Source: Oceanispirochaeta sp. (lineage in GTDB: Bacteria; Spirochaetota; Spirochaetia; DSM-2461). From it: DNA of 64,000 nt. Location: NCBI GenBank assembly GCA_963663385.2, contig CAXXXD010000003.1:32001-96000 (forward strand), in the 5' to 3' direction. Below the pieces are notes generated by a model, which worked only from the letters and a program-made list of their open reading frames with translations, was not told the origin of the DNA and ran no database searches. This document shows positions 47,569-57,048 of this stretch, one piece after another. Both the position numbers and the translations under genes were made by a program. Within the stretch, counting starts at the first letter, position 1; the number at the start of each line of letters is the position of its first letter.

Positions 47569-48378
47569 ATGGATACCGGAAATATCATGTTTGCATTGGG
47601 ACTGACCATTTTTGCGGGACTCTCGACAGGTATAGGGAGCCTGATGTCCCTGCTATCAAAGAAATTCAATCCCAAATTCCTGGCGGCATCTCTTGGCTTT
47701 TCTGCCGGTGTGATGATCTATGTCTCTCTGGTTGAGATATTTGTAAAAGCAAAGGATGCTCTGGAGGCTTATTACGGCCCTAAACAGGGCTATACCTATA
47801 CAACTTTAGCTTTTTTTGCCGGGATAGCAGTGATTGCCATAATTGACAAGCTCATACCTTCCTATGAGAACCCTCATGAAATAGGAAATATTAATCAGGA
47901 AGTACCCGGAAAGTCGGGGAACGATCAGAAGCTGATGCGCATGGGCCTGTTTTCCGCCCTGGCTATTGGTATTCATAACTTCCCCGAAGGTCTGGCCACA
48001 TTCATGGGCGCTTTAACAGATCCCACCCTTGGTATCAGTATTGCGGTCGCCATCGCCATCCACAATATTCCCGAAGGAATCGCTGTTTCAGCTCCCATCT
48101 ACTACGCAACCCAAAGCCGCCGAAAGGCTTTCTGGCTCTCTTTTCTTTCCGGCTTCGCCGAACCGGTGGGGGCCCTGATCGGATTCTTCCTTCTGCGAAA
48201 CCTCTTTAACGAGGCCACCTTCGGTATAATATTTGCCGGTGTAGCCGGTATTATGGTTTATATCTCTCTGGATGAACTCCTTCCTACAGCGGAAGAATAC
48301 GGGGAACACCATATTGCCATCGGGGGATTGATAGGCGGTATGGCCGTTATGGCGGCCAGCCTGCTTCTGTTTATCTGA
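47569..48378 (+). CDS. zupT: ZIP family divalent metal transporter
   Basis: AGLSTGIG, IHNFPEG, IHNIPEG, SLDELLP. Confidence 0.95.
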   Translation: MDTGNIMFALGLTIFAGLSTGIGSLMSLLSKKFNPKFLAASLGFSAGVMIYVSLVEIFVKAKDALEAYYGPKQGYTYTTLAFFAGIAVIAIIDKLIPSYENPHEIGNINQEVPGKSGNDQKLMRMGLFSALAIGIHNFPEGLATFMGALTDPTLGISIAVAIAIHNIPEGIAVSAPIYYATQSRRKAFWLSFLSGFAEPVGALIGFFLLRNLFNEATFGIIFAGVAGIMVYISLDELLPTAEEYGEHHIAIGGLIGGMAVMAASLLLFI

Positions 48379-48388
48379 TCCGGAGATC

Positions 48389-48492
48389 CCCTTAATCCTC
48401 TCCACCCTCGGTTCCGCTCGGGTATCCGGGGAGGGGACATAATGTAATTACTTCTCCCCTTGAGGGGAGAATGAGAGGGGTTCGGAGAGGAC
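48389..48492. repeat. GC-rich REP-like palindromes between convergent genes
   Basis: TTCTCCCCT-TG-AGGGGAGAA (48452-48471) plus CCTCTCC/GGAGAGG outer arms. Confidence 0.45.
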
Positions 48493-48495
48493 TTA

Positions 48496-49344
48496 TTAAT
48501 CTTCGGACTCTTCCATCAGTTTTATCCACTCGTTTTCGTCCCGGGGGATGAATTTCATAAGAAATCCGCCCTGGTGGCAGAAAACGGGATTTTGAGGATT
48601 GGCCAGATTGAAATTCACCCGGTCATGCCCCCAGTTGGTCCTGAAGAAGACTCGGTTCTCAGGCACTCTTTCATCATGGGAGTAAATGGCATCCACTTCA
48701 TTCTCATCCACGATTTTTCCATCTACTGCCCGGATTGCCGAGGCCAGTTCGGCAGGAGGCTGGGCATGATAGATCAGAACTGTCAAACCGCCGATTTTCC
48801 GTATTTCCGTATGATGCTCCGTCTCCAGCCATTCGGAGGCTCTTTTTTTAGCCCTTTCAAAACGGATTTTATCCTCCAGGCCTTCCCTGAAGAGGGTCAG
48901 AATCATTTTGGGATTTTTCTCAAAACTTTTCAGCAGCAGCTTCTGACTGAAGGACCAGTAGTGCTGGGTTTCGCTGACCGCTTCGTAGTCGTCCAGAACC
49001 CTGAGGCCACCCGTATCAACCCTGGATACCAGACGGATATAGTCGGCCAGTTCCGATTCCTGCAGAAGCGGGAAAAGGCTCTCAAAAACCAGAAGAGCGG
49101 CGCTGCCCAGGGTGCTGTCCTGATGGTGATCAAAGAGCCTGCCCTCAGGATGAAAAACCATTCCGCAGTCAAGGAACCAGTCCTCTTCCGAATAATTTCC
49201 GCTGCCGACCATTCCCGCGGCTTCCTGAGAGGGGATACGCAGTATCTCGGCAGGCTCCTCACCCAGGTGGATGGAGAGGAGGGCTGAAGCCAGCAGCTCA
49301 TCCATATGAGCCTTTCTGTCGTGTGTCACTATTCTATAAGCCAT
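48496..49344 (-). CDS. MYG1-like (DHH superfamily) putative exonuclease
   Basis: IVTHDRKAHMDE, DCG..FDHHQD, VDTGG, FCHQGGF. Confidence 0.8.
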   Translation of the reverse strand: MAYRIVTHDRKAHMDELLASALLSIHLGEEPAEILRIPSQEAAGMVGSGNYSEEDWFLDCGMVFHPEGRLFDHHQDSTLGSAALLVFESLFPLLQESELADYIRLVSRVDTGGLRVLDDYEAVSETQHYWSFSQKLLLKSFEKNPKMILTLFREGLEDKIRFERAKKRASEWLETEHHTEIRKIGGLTVLIYHAQPPAELASAIRAVDGKIVDENEVDAIYSHDERVPENRVFFRTNWGHDRVNFNLANPQNPVFCHQGGFLMKFIPRDENEWIKLMEESED

Positions 49345-50797
49345 TCTTTTTTTCCTTTTCGACAGCCCTGAAAAGGGCTTCATGAAGTTTTACCATTGCC
49401 AGGGTATCCCGGGCGCAGTAGTCAAGGAGATCCTTTCTCAATCCCGGTATCTGTTCATCCGGGATATCCCCCCGGGCCATCCCGGCATAAGCCGCCAGGG
49501 CGGATGAACCGTTTCCTATGGAAAGGTCATCATAATGCATATCCGGAACCAGGGCGGGCAGGGTTTTTTTTATGGATGTTCTTCCTTTAAACTCGGGGTG
49601 GTAAATCCCGTTTTTAATGATCTTCTCCAGATCCACCAGACGGGGAACCAGGGCCTTCAGGCTTTCTGTCAGTTCCGGGAAAAGGGAAGCCAGCTTTCCT
49701 ATGGTGCTCTGTTCAAAACCGGAATAGACAACAATACTGCCCGATCCCTTCAGGTCATGAATCAGTTTCTCCGCCAGATCTTTTCTGCAGTCCCTGTCCG
49801 TTTCCGCCAGGAACTCCCTGTGATCCGTCACTTCCCCTATCTCCGAACAGATATGAACAGAGTACTGGGTGACAATCTGCTGATAGGGCAGGGTGTCCGG
49901 AAAGAGGGGAATGGCCGTCATGGTTGTTTCAAAATCCAGGTAGAAGGCCGGCCATTCAATGCATTCAAGCATACTTTCCAGTTCTGACGATACAATGGTT
50001 CTGTTTTCCAGAAGACTCCGTTTCATCATTTCCTGATGAGGGGTCAGTTCCATCTGTTCCGGCAGATCGCGGATCATGCTGATTCCCTTGTCTATAAGTT
50101 TGTCATAGACTTTGCGGGAGAGAAAGGGCAGGCTGATAATGTGCTCATGAACGGGAAAATCAAAACAGTTTGAAGAGTATTCACACTTTTTACAGGAGGG
50201 ACCGAAAGGGGCTTCCGGTCTGTCTGTGTCCAGCAGCATCTGTTCTATCCATGGCGCTGAGCGGAGAAACTCCCCGGTGCGCAGCCTGACTGGTTTGGTA
50301 TGATCAACTGCCTGGAACAGATTTTCCACGTTCTGATCAATGGTATATTCCCTTGACAGAAGCCAGAGGATTCTGTCCTGCGCTGCATAACCGCACATCT
50401 CCATTACCATGGAGGTATAAGCCAGGTCGGCAATAAACAGGGCCTTATCTCTAATGCTGGATTTTACCTCAACAAGGTTCCAGCAGCCGTTTTTTTTATG
50501 AAGGATATCGGCTCTTGCCCTGTAGCTGCCGCAGCAGAATGCCGCTTCATACAGTACGGTTCCATCGGGAGAACCCATAAGGGATTCGGTTATCCGGGCG
50601 GCCCGGACCATATCCTTCTCTTCAATAAGGATCCCTTCCGGATAGATCAACCTGGCCAGTTTTCCTATTTCCCTGCCCTGTTCGATTTTAAACTCATCTG
50701 CTCTGTCCATTGTAACCCGTTCCGGCCTATGCACAGACTGCCAGGCATAACTCGGGCAGGATAATGCATCAAGAAACAGGTTTTTCGTAATCCCCAT
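49334..50797 (-). CDS. DUF2779-type protein: Cas4-like PD-(D/E)XK nuclease plus DEDD/RNase H-like exonuclease
   Basis: C13 plus CKKCEYSSNC, ADIL..EVKSS, YLDFET, SIKKTLPAL, YCARD. Confidence 0.8.
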   Translation of the reverse strand: MGITKNLFLDALSCPSYAWQSVHRPERVTMDRADEFKIEQGREIGKLARLIYPEGILIEEKDMVRAARITESLMGSPDGTVLYEAAFCCGSYRARADILHKKNGCWNLVEVKSSIRDKALFIADLAYTSMVMEMCGYAAQDRILWLLSREYTIDQNVENLFQAVDHTKPVRLRTGEFLRSAPWIEQMLLDTDRPEAPFGPSCKKCEYSSNCFDFPVHEHIISLPFLSRKVYDKLIDKGISMIRDLPEQMELTPHQEMMKRSLLENRTIVSSELESMLECIEWPAFYLDFETTMTAIPLFPDTLPYQQIVTQYSVHICSEIGEVTDHREFLAETDRDCRKDLAEKLIHDLKGSGSIVVYSGFEQSTIGKLASLFPELTESLKALVPRLVDLEKIIKNGIYHPEFKGRTSIKKTLPALVPDMHYDDLSIGNGSSALAAYAGMARGDIPDEQIPGLRKDLLDYCARDTLAMVKLHEALFRAVEKEKKNGL

Positions 50798-50856
50798 GTC
50801 CCGATTGTATCAGGACAGGAGAAATAGTTCATCCCTCAGGAGGAATTAACGGGTAA

Positions 50857-52917
50857 TCAGAATTCTACAAAACTATCTTCATGACTTGCGGTATATTCAA
50901 TCTCTGTCATTTCCTTCGGCAGTTGAGATTTCGGCTGAGACTGGAATCCGGATACAGGATTATATTCCACTTCTGTCTTCTTCTTTCTTTTCCCCGCAGG
51001 ACTTCTTCCATTCTGTATAAGCGGAGTAGTCTCCGAGGCATCAATTTTGAAAAAGGAGATAAGCTGTTTGAGGTTCTCCGCCTGGGAGGAGAGCTCTTCC
51101 GCCATGGCGGCTGCTTCCTCGGATGCAGATGCATTCTGCTGGATCACCGTATCCAGCTGGTTGATAGCCTGACTGACCTGACTGGCTCCGGATTTCTGCT
51201 CCTTGCTGGAGGCGCTTATCTCCTGTATCAGATCGGCGGTATTCTTGATCTTCGGAACAATCTCCTGCATCAGCTCTCCCGTCCTGATGGCCTGATGGAC
51301 GCTGCTGCCGGCCAGTTCGGATATTTCATTGGCGGCAGTCTTGCTGCTGGAAGCCAGTTTCCCCACTTCCGCTGCTACAACGGCAAATCCTTTTCCATGT
51401 TCTCCCGCCCTTGCCGCCTCTATAGCGGCATTCAGACTGAGCATATTGGTAGAGCGGGCAATCTCTTCTATAATGCTGATCTTTTCGGAGATATTCTTCA
51501 TGGCTTCCACGGTCTCCAGAACAGAACTCCCTCCCTGTTCCACCACATTTGCCGCTTCCCGGGAGATGCTCTCGGTTTGTACCGAGTTATCCGAGTTCTG
51601 TTCAATATTGGCTCCCATCTGCTCCATGGAGGAGGATATCTCCTCAGCCGAAGCGGCCTGCTCGGCGGCGCCCTGTGAAATCTGCTGAGCCGTGGAACTG
51701 AGCTGGATGCTGCCGTCGGCCACGTTGTCCGCCCCCCGGATAACCTGGGAGACAACCTCTGTCAGGCTTCTTTTCATATGATTCAGGGCATCCGCCAGCT
51801 GTCCTATTTCATCCTTCTGATTCAGGTCCACTGTAACAGTCAGGTCTCCGCTTGATAGTTTCTCCGCAAAAGCTACTCCCTTGAGAAGGGGCACCGTAAT
51901 CCCTCTGGCTATTATGTATGCCAGGAGTATCCCGATCACAAACGCAATAACACTCATTATCAGGACACCCTGTCTTGTTATAATGGCAGCCTCAATCATC
52001 TGCTGATCGGTCATCAGGTTGCTGCGGACTTCACTTCTCAATTCACCCAGAATCGTTTGAACTCCGACCAGGGACGGCTGGGTTTTTTCCGTAAAAATAC
52101 GGTTGGCTTCATTCATATTAATCAGATCGTCTTCTGCCAGTGCTTTCAGATTGCGCAGGTGTTCGAGTGTGCGTTCCAGCAGAGGATACGTTGTATTGGT
52201 GAAGAAAGCAATTCCCGCTGTATTGCTCCTTTTCATCTGCTGTTCAAGGGTAACAGCCGATTCATGGAGTTGTTCGTGAACAGCTATCATCCGGTCCCAC
52301 TCCGCTTGAAATTCCGGTCCGGCTTCCCGGTAGATCTTCTCCGCTTCGGGTGACTGGAGCCACTGCCCCAGTTCACACTTGTCCGGATTTTTTTCTACGG
52401 AAAGGGATGTCTTTTTTGCCAGCAGCGCCGACTGTATGGTTTCCGCCCAGACATGGTGGTCGTTTGCCCTGGCTGCCATCAGGCCGGGCAGCATGGGATC
52501 GGCCTGCCTGAAAATCGACTTTATTTCCGAGGCGGATTCATGGAGTAGTCTATGGGGCTCTTCGATGTTTTTCAGTATAGGTTCCAGTGAAGGAATCATA
52601 CTGACTGCTTCTTCCCTCTCCTTTCCATAGAGCCATTTACCGAAGGCGCACTGATGATCGTCCATTTCCACATTCAGTTCGGTTATGTTTTTGTCTGTCA
52701 GCAGGGCGTTGACTTCCTGCATCCAGTTAAGATGATCCACCTCTTTCTGAGCCAGGGACGCATCCAGTTTATTCCCCTCAATGACTTCCCCTGCATTATC
52801 CAGGATCTGTGAAATCCCCAGAAAGGCCCAGACGGCAATCGCTGTCAGAAGGAGTATAATCATACCGAACCCGATATACATTTTTTTAGAAATTTTGATA
52901 TCTTTCCACCCGTTCAT
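50857..52917 (-). CDS. methyl-accepting chemotaxis protein with tandem CZB domains
   Basis: Two H..W..C..G.W..H..LH motifs between TM1 and TM2; HAMP; MCP signalling domain. Confidence 0.9.
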   Translation of the reverse strand: MNGWKDIKISKKMYIGFGMIILLLTAIAVWAFLGISQILDNAGEVIEGNKLDASLAQKEVDHLNWMQEVNALLTDKNITELNVEMDDHQCAFGKWLYGKEREEAVSMIPSLEPILKNIEEPHRLLHESASEIKSIFRQADPMLPGLMAARANDHHVWAETIQSALLAKKTSLSVEKNPDKCELGQWLQSPEAEKIYREAGPEFQAEWDRMIAVHEQLHESAVTLEQQMKRSNTAGIAFFTNTTYPLLERTLEHLRNLKALAEDDLINMNEANRIFTEKTQPSLVGVQTILGELRSEVRSNLMTDQQMIEAAIITRQGVLIMSVIAFVIGILLAYIIARGITVPLLKGVAFAEKLSSGDLTVTVDLNQKDEIGQLADALNHMKRSLTEVVSQVIRGADNVADGSIQLSSTAQQISQGAAEQAASAEEISSSMEQMGANIEQNSDNSVQTESISREAANVVEQGGSSVLETVEAMKNISEKISIIEEIARSTNMLSLNAAIEAARAGEHGKGFAVVAAEVGKLASSSKTAANEISELAGSSVHQAIRTGELMQEIVPKIKNTADLIQEISASSKEQKSGASQVSQAINQLDTVIQQNASASEEAAAMAEELSSQAENLKQLISFFKIDASETTPLIQNGRSPAGKRKKKTEVEYNPVSGFQSQPKSQLPKEMTEIEYTASHEDSFVEF

Positions 52918-53074
52918 TATTTTCCCCCGAAAAATCCCCTGTATAAACAGTAAATTATAAAAGAGTGAGTATCCGAAATCAAATATTTATTATTAAATTA
53001 CTACTTTTACTAATTCATAATTCAAAGAGATAACTTATTGAAAAAAGGGGAAGAATGTTTAATTGATATGGTCA

Positions 53075-54448
53075 CTACCAGGTGTATGTTACAACAGGTG
53101 TGCTGTGAAAGTTATTGATACAGGACACATTCATCAGATCCACCTCGCTGGTCTGTACCGTTTCAAAGTGAAGGTAAAGGTCATCCGGGATAGCCGGGTC
53201 TATATCAAAAATATGAATGGGCGCTGCTGTTCCGTTGAGATAAGCGCCGACCTTGTCATTTCTAATAATAAAATGCAACTCATCCCAAACCGCAGGAGCC
53301 AGACCGACGGGCCAGCTGTCGGAAGTCATTTCCACATCTTCTACAAAAGATTTTACTATCATATCTGCCGAACGAAGCTCTACTGTAATCCTCGTGCCAA
53401 AATCATCTATATCTTTTTTCAGATGGAGTCTGACTATGGGTTCGGCCGGAAAGGCCAGTGCCGTATGCAGCATTTTAAAGTATATTATTTTATTTTCCCC
53501 CACCTGATAACCGTCCAGAGAGAAGGTGGCGGGAGTGGTTAAATTGGCAGCGTTTAGTTTTACATAATAATCCGGGGCCATGCCGTATTCAAAAGAAAAT
53601 AATGAACCGTTTTCCGTATGGTAGTTGAAAAGATCATCATCTGTGGTGTTTGTTGTTCCCGGTTGTCCGTTCATGGTATCGGGATTTAATACAAATTCTC
53701 CCTTCAGTGTGAAATTCTCATACCTTACAGAGCCGTCATAGTCATTCAGATCTATTTGAGCATACCGGGTGACTGTTGTCAGTCCCTCCTGCCAGGGGTT
53801 ATCCGCCCAGTCGGGATGGGCTGAATTCTCTGCCCGCATCCACATGACATACTTACCTCTTTTGATGGAGGGAAAGCTTCCGCTTCTGTAACTGCCGGTG
53901 CCTTCTTTCAGTTCAAAGTAGAAGAGGGTTTCGTCTTCCGGGTTGTAAAGCCAGGCTCCCACATAGGCCGGATTCCGGCCGTCTGCAACCATTTCACTAA
54001 TATCCGCTTCCAATACCAGCCCGTTAATATCCTGTGAGAACGGATCGGGCATTTCCAGAGAGTTGTTCTCATTCAAGCTCCAGACATAAGTACTGCCGAT
54101 TCCTGTATCGAAGGCAAAGGCAGCTCCGGAGGTTTCCGTATAGGTATGTTCCACCCGTGCCTCCGCTTCCCAGTACCCTTCGGTTAATTCCAGGGCCGCC
54201 GTTGCCGTTTTATTTGCGGTATCGCAGGTCATCGTTCCGGTAAACTCTTCTCCGGTTTCAACATTCCGGATCGTATAGGCGGCTGTATCGATTGAATAAT
54301 CTCCCGTCCAGGGGAGCGAGAGGGCAACACTGCAGGTGGATATTTCATCTTCGCCTTCTGTTTTATCCTCTTCCGAATCGTCTTCCGTCTGAAATTCACA
54401 GGCCAGGAAAAGGAGAAGAAGGATGTATAACAGATATCGAACTTTCAT
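53075..54448 (-). CDS. hypothetical lipoprotein
   Basis: MKVRYLLYILLLLFLAC lipobox, acidic linker, beta-rich body. Confidence 0.75.
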   Translation of the reverse strand: MKVRYLLYILLLLFLACEFQTEDDSEEDKTEGEDEISTCSVALSLPWTGDYSIDTAAYTIRNVETGEEFTGTMTCDTANKTATAALELTEGYWEAEARVEHTYTETSGAAFAFDTGIGSTYVWSLNENNSLEMPDPFSQDINGLVLEADISEMVADGRNPAYVGAWLYNPEDETLFYFELKEGTGSYRSGSFPSIKRGKYVMWMRAENSAHPDWADNPWQEGLTTVTRYAQIDLNDYDGSVRYENFTLKGEFVLNPDTMNGQPGTTNTTDDDLFNYHTENGSLFSFEYGMAPDYYVKLNAANLTTPATFSLDGYQVGENKIIYFKMLHTALAFPAEPIVRLHLKKDIDDFGTRITVELRSADMIVKSFVEDVEMTSDSWPVGLAPAVWDELHFIIRNDKVGAYLNGTAAPIHIFDIDPAIPDDLYLHFETVQTSEVDLMNVSCINNFHSTPVVTYTW

Positions 54449-54513
54449 ATGGGATTTACCCTCTATTATAATATATCACTTAATATTAAATTAAAATGAA
54501 GGATTTTGTCTCG

Positions 54514-54551
54514 AAAAAAAAAGCACAAATGACTTGAACATTTGTGCTTTT
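54514..54551 (-). terminator. rho-independent terminator
   Basis: AAAAGCACAAATG / CATTTGTGCTTTT stem with a long U tract on the minus strand. Confidence 0.8.
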
Positions 54552-54817
54552 CACTTTGAGCTGATACTCAACTCCATCTTTTACAAGACAGTACGTTTTA
54601 TACTGACAACAGAAACGCTACTCTGTAAGGTGGTTCACTTTCCTTATTCATAATATATTCAAAACTCCTTTCAATATCAGAATTTTGTTCTCATGAACAT
54701 ATTTTGAATATAGTCTCTTCCAGAGCAGAATGCAAATTTTTTTGATGAAATTCTTTGCTGTTTCCCAATGGAAATAGAGTAAAATCTTTTTTTATCAGGA
54801 ATTATTCTATAGAAAAA

Positions 54818-55600
54818 TTATCTGATAAAACCCGTAAAATTATAGATACAAATAGTAATGATGACAGCCATTACTCCTATAAAAAGCTTATCTACTTCTT
54901 TATGGGTCATCCTGTGTGATAAATGGGAGCCCAGGATTCCTCCGCTGATGCCGCCGATAATCATAAGAAGCAGTATGGCCGGTTCAAAATGGGGTACATT
55001 CCCGGCCAGAATGGTAAATATCAGGTTTGTTACCTGAGAAAAAAATATAATAAAGATTGAACAGAGGGCGGCTGTTTTGGAGTCCATGGAAAAGAAGAAG
55101 TAGAGAACGGCCAGATTGATCGGTCCGCCGCCGATGCCCAGGAAGGATGCAATCCCCCCCAGAATCAGACCGATAAAAACCGTAAACAGGCTGCCGTCTT
55201 TATGAAAAGGTCTGATTTTATCTTTACAGATGGTGAAGAACAGCACCCCCAGGGTAATAACAGCAAGCATAAGTGACTGAGTTGCGCCCACTACCCGTTC
55301 ATTCCCAAAACCGGATTTTACTATATCGAACAGCATCTTACCCAGAAAGCCGCCTATAACACCTCCCAGTGCCATCAGGGTACCGATGCGTTTATTCAGT
55401 TTGACAGGGGATTTTCTGCTGCGAATCAGGGTTACTGTTGTCATGGAAAGGACTGTGCTGCCGGAAAGAAAGCTGATAGTGCTCACACCGAAAGAACTTA
55501 TCCCGTCCAGAACCGGTTTGATTATGACTCCTCCCCCTATTCCGCTGATTGCTCCTACGATTGATGCTCCCAGGCTGATGAAAAAGTATAGTACCGGCAT
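54818..55600 (-). CDS. TauE/SafE (TSUP) family transporter
   Basis: GAISGIGGGVIIKP and FLGIGGGPIN repeats; about eight TM segments. Confidence 0.9.
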   Translation of the reverse strand: MPVLYFFISLGASIVGAISGIGGGVIIKPVLDGISSFGVSTISFLSGSTVLSMTTVTLIRSRKSPVKLNKRIGTLMALGGVIGGFLGKMLFDIVKSGFGNERVVGATQSLMLAVITLGVLFFTICKDKIRPFHKDGSLFTVFIGLILGGIASFLGIGGGPINLAVLYFFFSMDSKTAALCSIFIIFFSQVTNLIFTILAGNVPHFEPAILLLMIIGGISGGILGSHLSHRMTHKEVDKLFIGVMAVIITICIYNFTGFIR

Positions 55601-55747
55601 GAAGTTCGTCCCCTTTTCTGAGCATAGTATCTCAGGTTGCAGGAATTATTCCAGCGGAAGGGGAGAAAATCTTGTCATTTCAGTGATTCAGGTTATACTG
55701 GTAAAGGTCTTTATTGTATAGAAAATCAGGAAAGAGAATGGGAATAA

Positions 55748-56959
55748 ATGAACGGGAATCCTTCAGACCACATTGATGTAGTCGTTGTGGATGATAGTCA
55801 GGATATTCTTGATATCCTTGATATCATTCTTGGTGATTACGGCTATAATGTCAGAACCTACGATTCAGCGGAGGCTGTTCTCAGGGATGTCCCCTTATCT
55901 TTTATCCCCGATCTTTTTCTTCTTGATGTGAATCTGCCCGGTATGAGCGGTCTGGCTCTTTGCCGCAGCTTCAAGGAGACCCCTGTTCTGAATCTGGTTC
56001 CTGTGATTTTTATCAGTGGCCTCATGGAGGATTCTGATAAAAAAGAGGGATTCGAAGCGGGGGGCGAAGACTATATTACCAAACCTTTTTCAAAGTCGGA
56101 TGTCCTTGCCAGAGTTAAGACTCATATGAAACTCAGGAAATCCCTGCAGGAATTACAGCTTCTTAATACCGATCTGGAATCCCGTATTGTAGAGAGAACC
56201 CGGGAACTGCAATCGGCCAAGGAGGAGGCGGAAAGGGCCAACCGGGCAAAAACGGAATTCCTGTCCAATATCAACCATGAAATGCGAACTCCCCTGAACG
56301 GGATTCTGGGAATGCTGAATCTGTTACGGGATATTTCGATGGATCAGGAGGGAGCCTCCTACCTCTCTCTGGCCGAGTATTCAGCCAATCATTTGTCTGT
56401 TATAATCCGTGACATACTGGATTATTCACAACTTGAAACACACCGTATGATTTTTCATTACAACCCTGTAGACATAGGGGAAATGATAAGAAAACTGTGT
56501 ACTATTCAAAGGGACGACGCCCAGGCAAAAGGACTGGATATCCACATCGTTTCTCCGGATACGGAATCCCTTTTTACAGGAGATGAAACACGTCTGTATC
56601 AGATCCTGACCAACCTTCTATCCAACTCCGTTAAATACTCGCGAAAAGGGACTATTACAATCCGATACAGGGTTGAAGACGACCTTTATGTTGAAGTTCA
56701 GGATCAGGGAATCGGTATCCCTCCGGATAAAATGGAGGATATTTTTCTTCCATTCCTGCAGCTTGATGCTTCCTATACGAAAGAGAACAAGGGAATCGGT
56801 CTGGGGCTTTCCATAACACGTAATCTGGTAAAGTCCATGGATGGTTCCATTGGTTTAAAATCCGACAGCAATGGAACCTGTTTTACGATTATTATTCCTG
56901 ATAAAAAAGTCTCTTCGGTTCCCCTGGCACTTGAGGGAACAGAATTTCACTATCAATAG
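55748..56959 (+). CDS. hybrid response regulator-histidine kinase
   Basis: REC followed by FLSNINHEMRTPLNG, NLLSNSVKY, DQGIGI, GLGL. Confidence 0.92.
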   Translation: MNGNPSDHIDVVVVDDSQDILDILDIILGDYGYNVRTYDSAEAVLRDVPLSFIPDLFLLDVNLPGMSGLALCRSFKETPVLNLVPVIFISGLMEDSDKKEGFEAGGEDYITKPFSKSDVLARVKTHMKLRKSLQELQLLNTDLESRIVERTRELQSAKEEAERANRAKTEFLSNINHEMRTPLNGILGMLNLLRDISMDQEGASYLSLAEYSANHLSVIIRDILDYSQLETHRMIFHYNPVDIGEMIRKLCTIQRDDAQAKGLDIHIVSPDTESLFTGDETRLYQILTNLLSNSVKYSRKGTITIRYRVEDDLYVEVQDQGIGIPPDKMEDIFLPFLQLDASYTKENKGIGLGLSITRNLVKSMDGSIGLKSDSNGTCFTIIIPDKKVSSVPLALEGTEFHYQ

Positions 56960-57048
56960 GCAGAGCTTTTCCTTTCTTTCCGATTCCTGTAGAATAAATA
57001 AAAATACATAAAATTGGTCGAATCCAAGGTCACAAACAAGGAACGTGT

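Noticed and set aside
50190..50198. Unoccupied TTACAGGAG match to the IS target
   Set aside because: It is followed by GG rather than T and lies inside a gene; no sign of insertion, though useful as a negative control
49334..50797. Cas4 of a CRISPR system
   Set aside because: No array and no cas1/cas2 in the window; the protein is a fused DUF2779-type architecture
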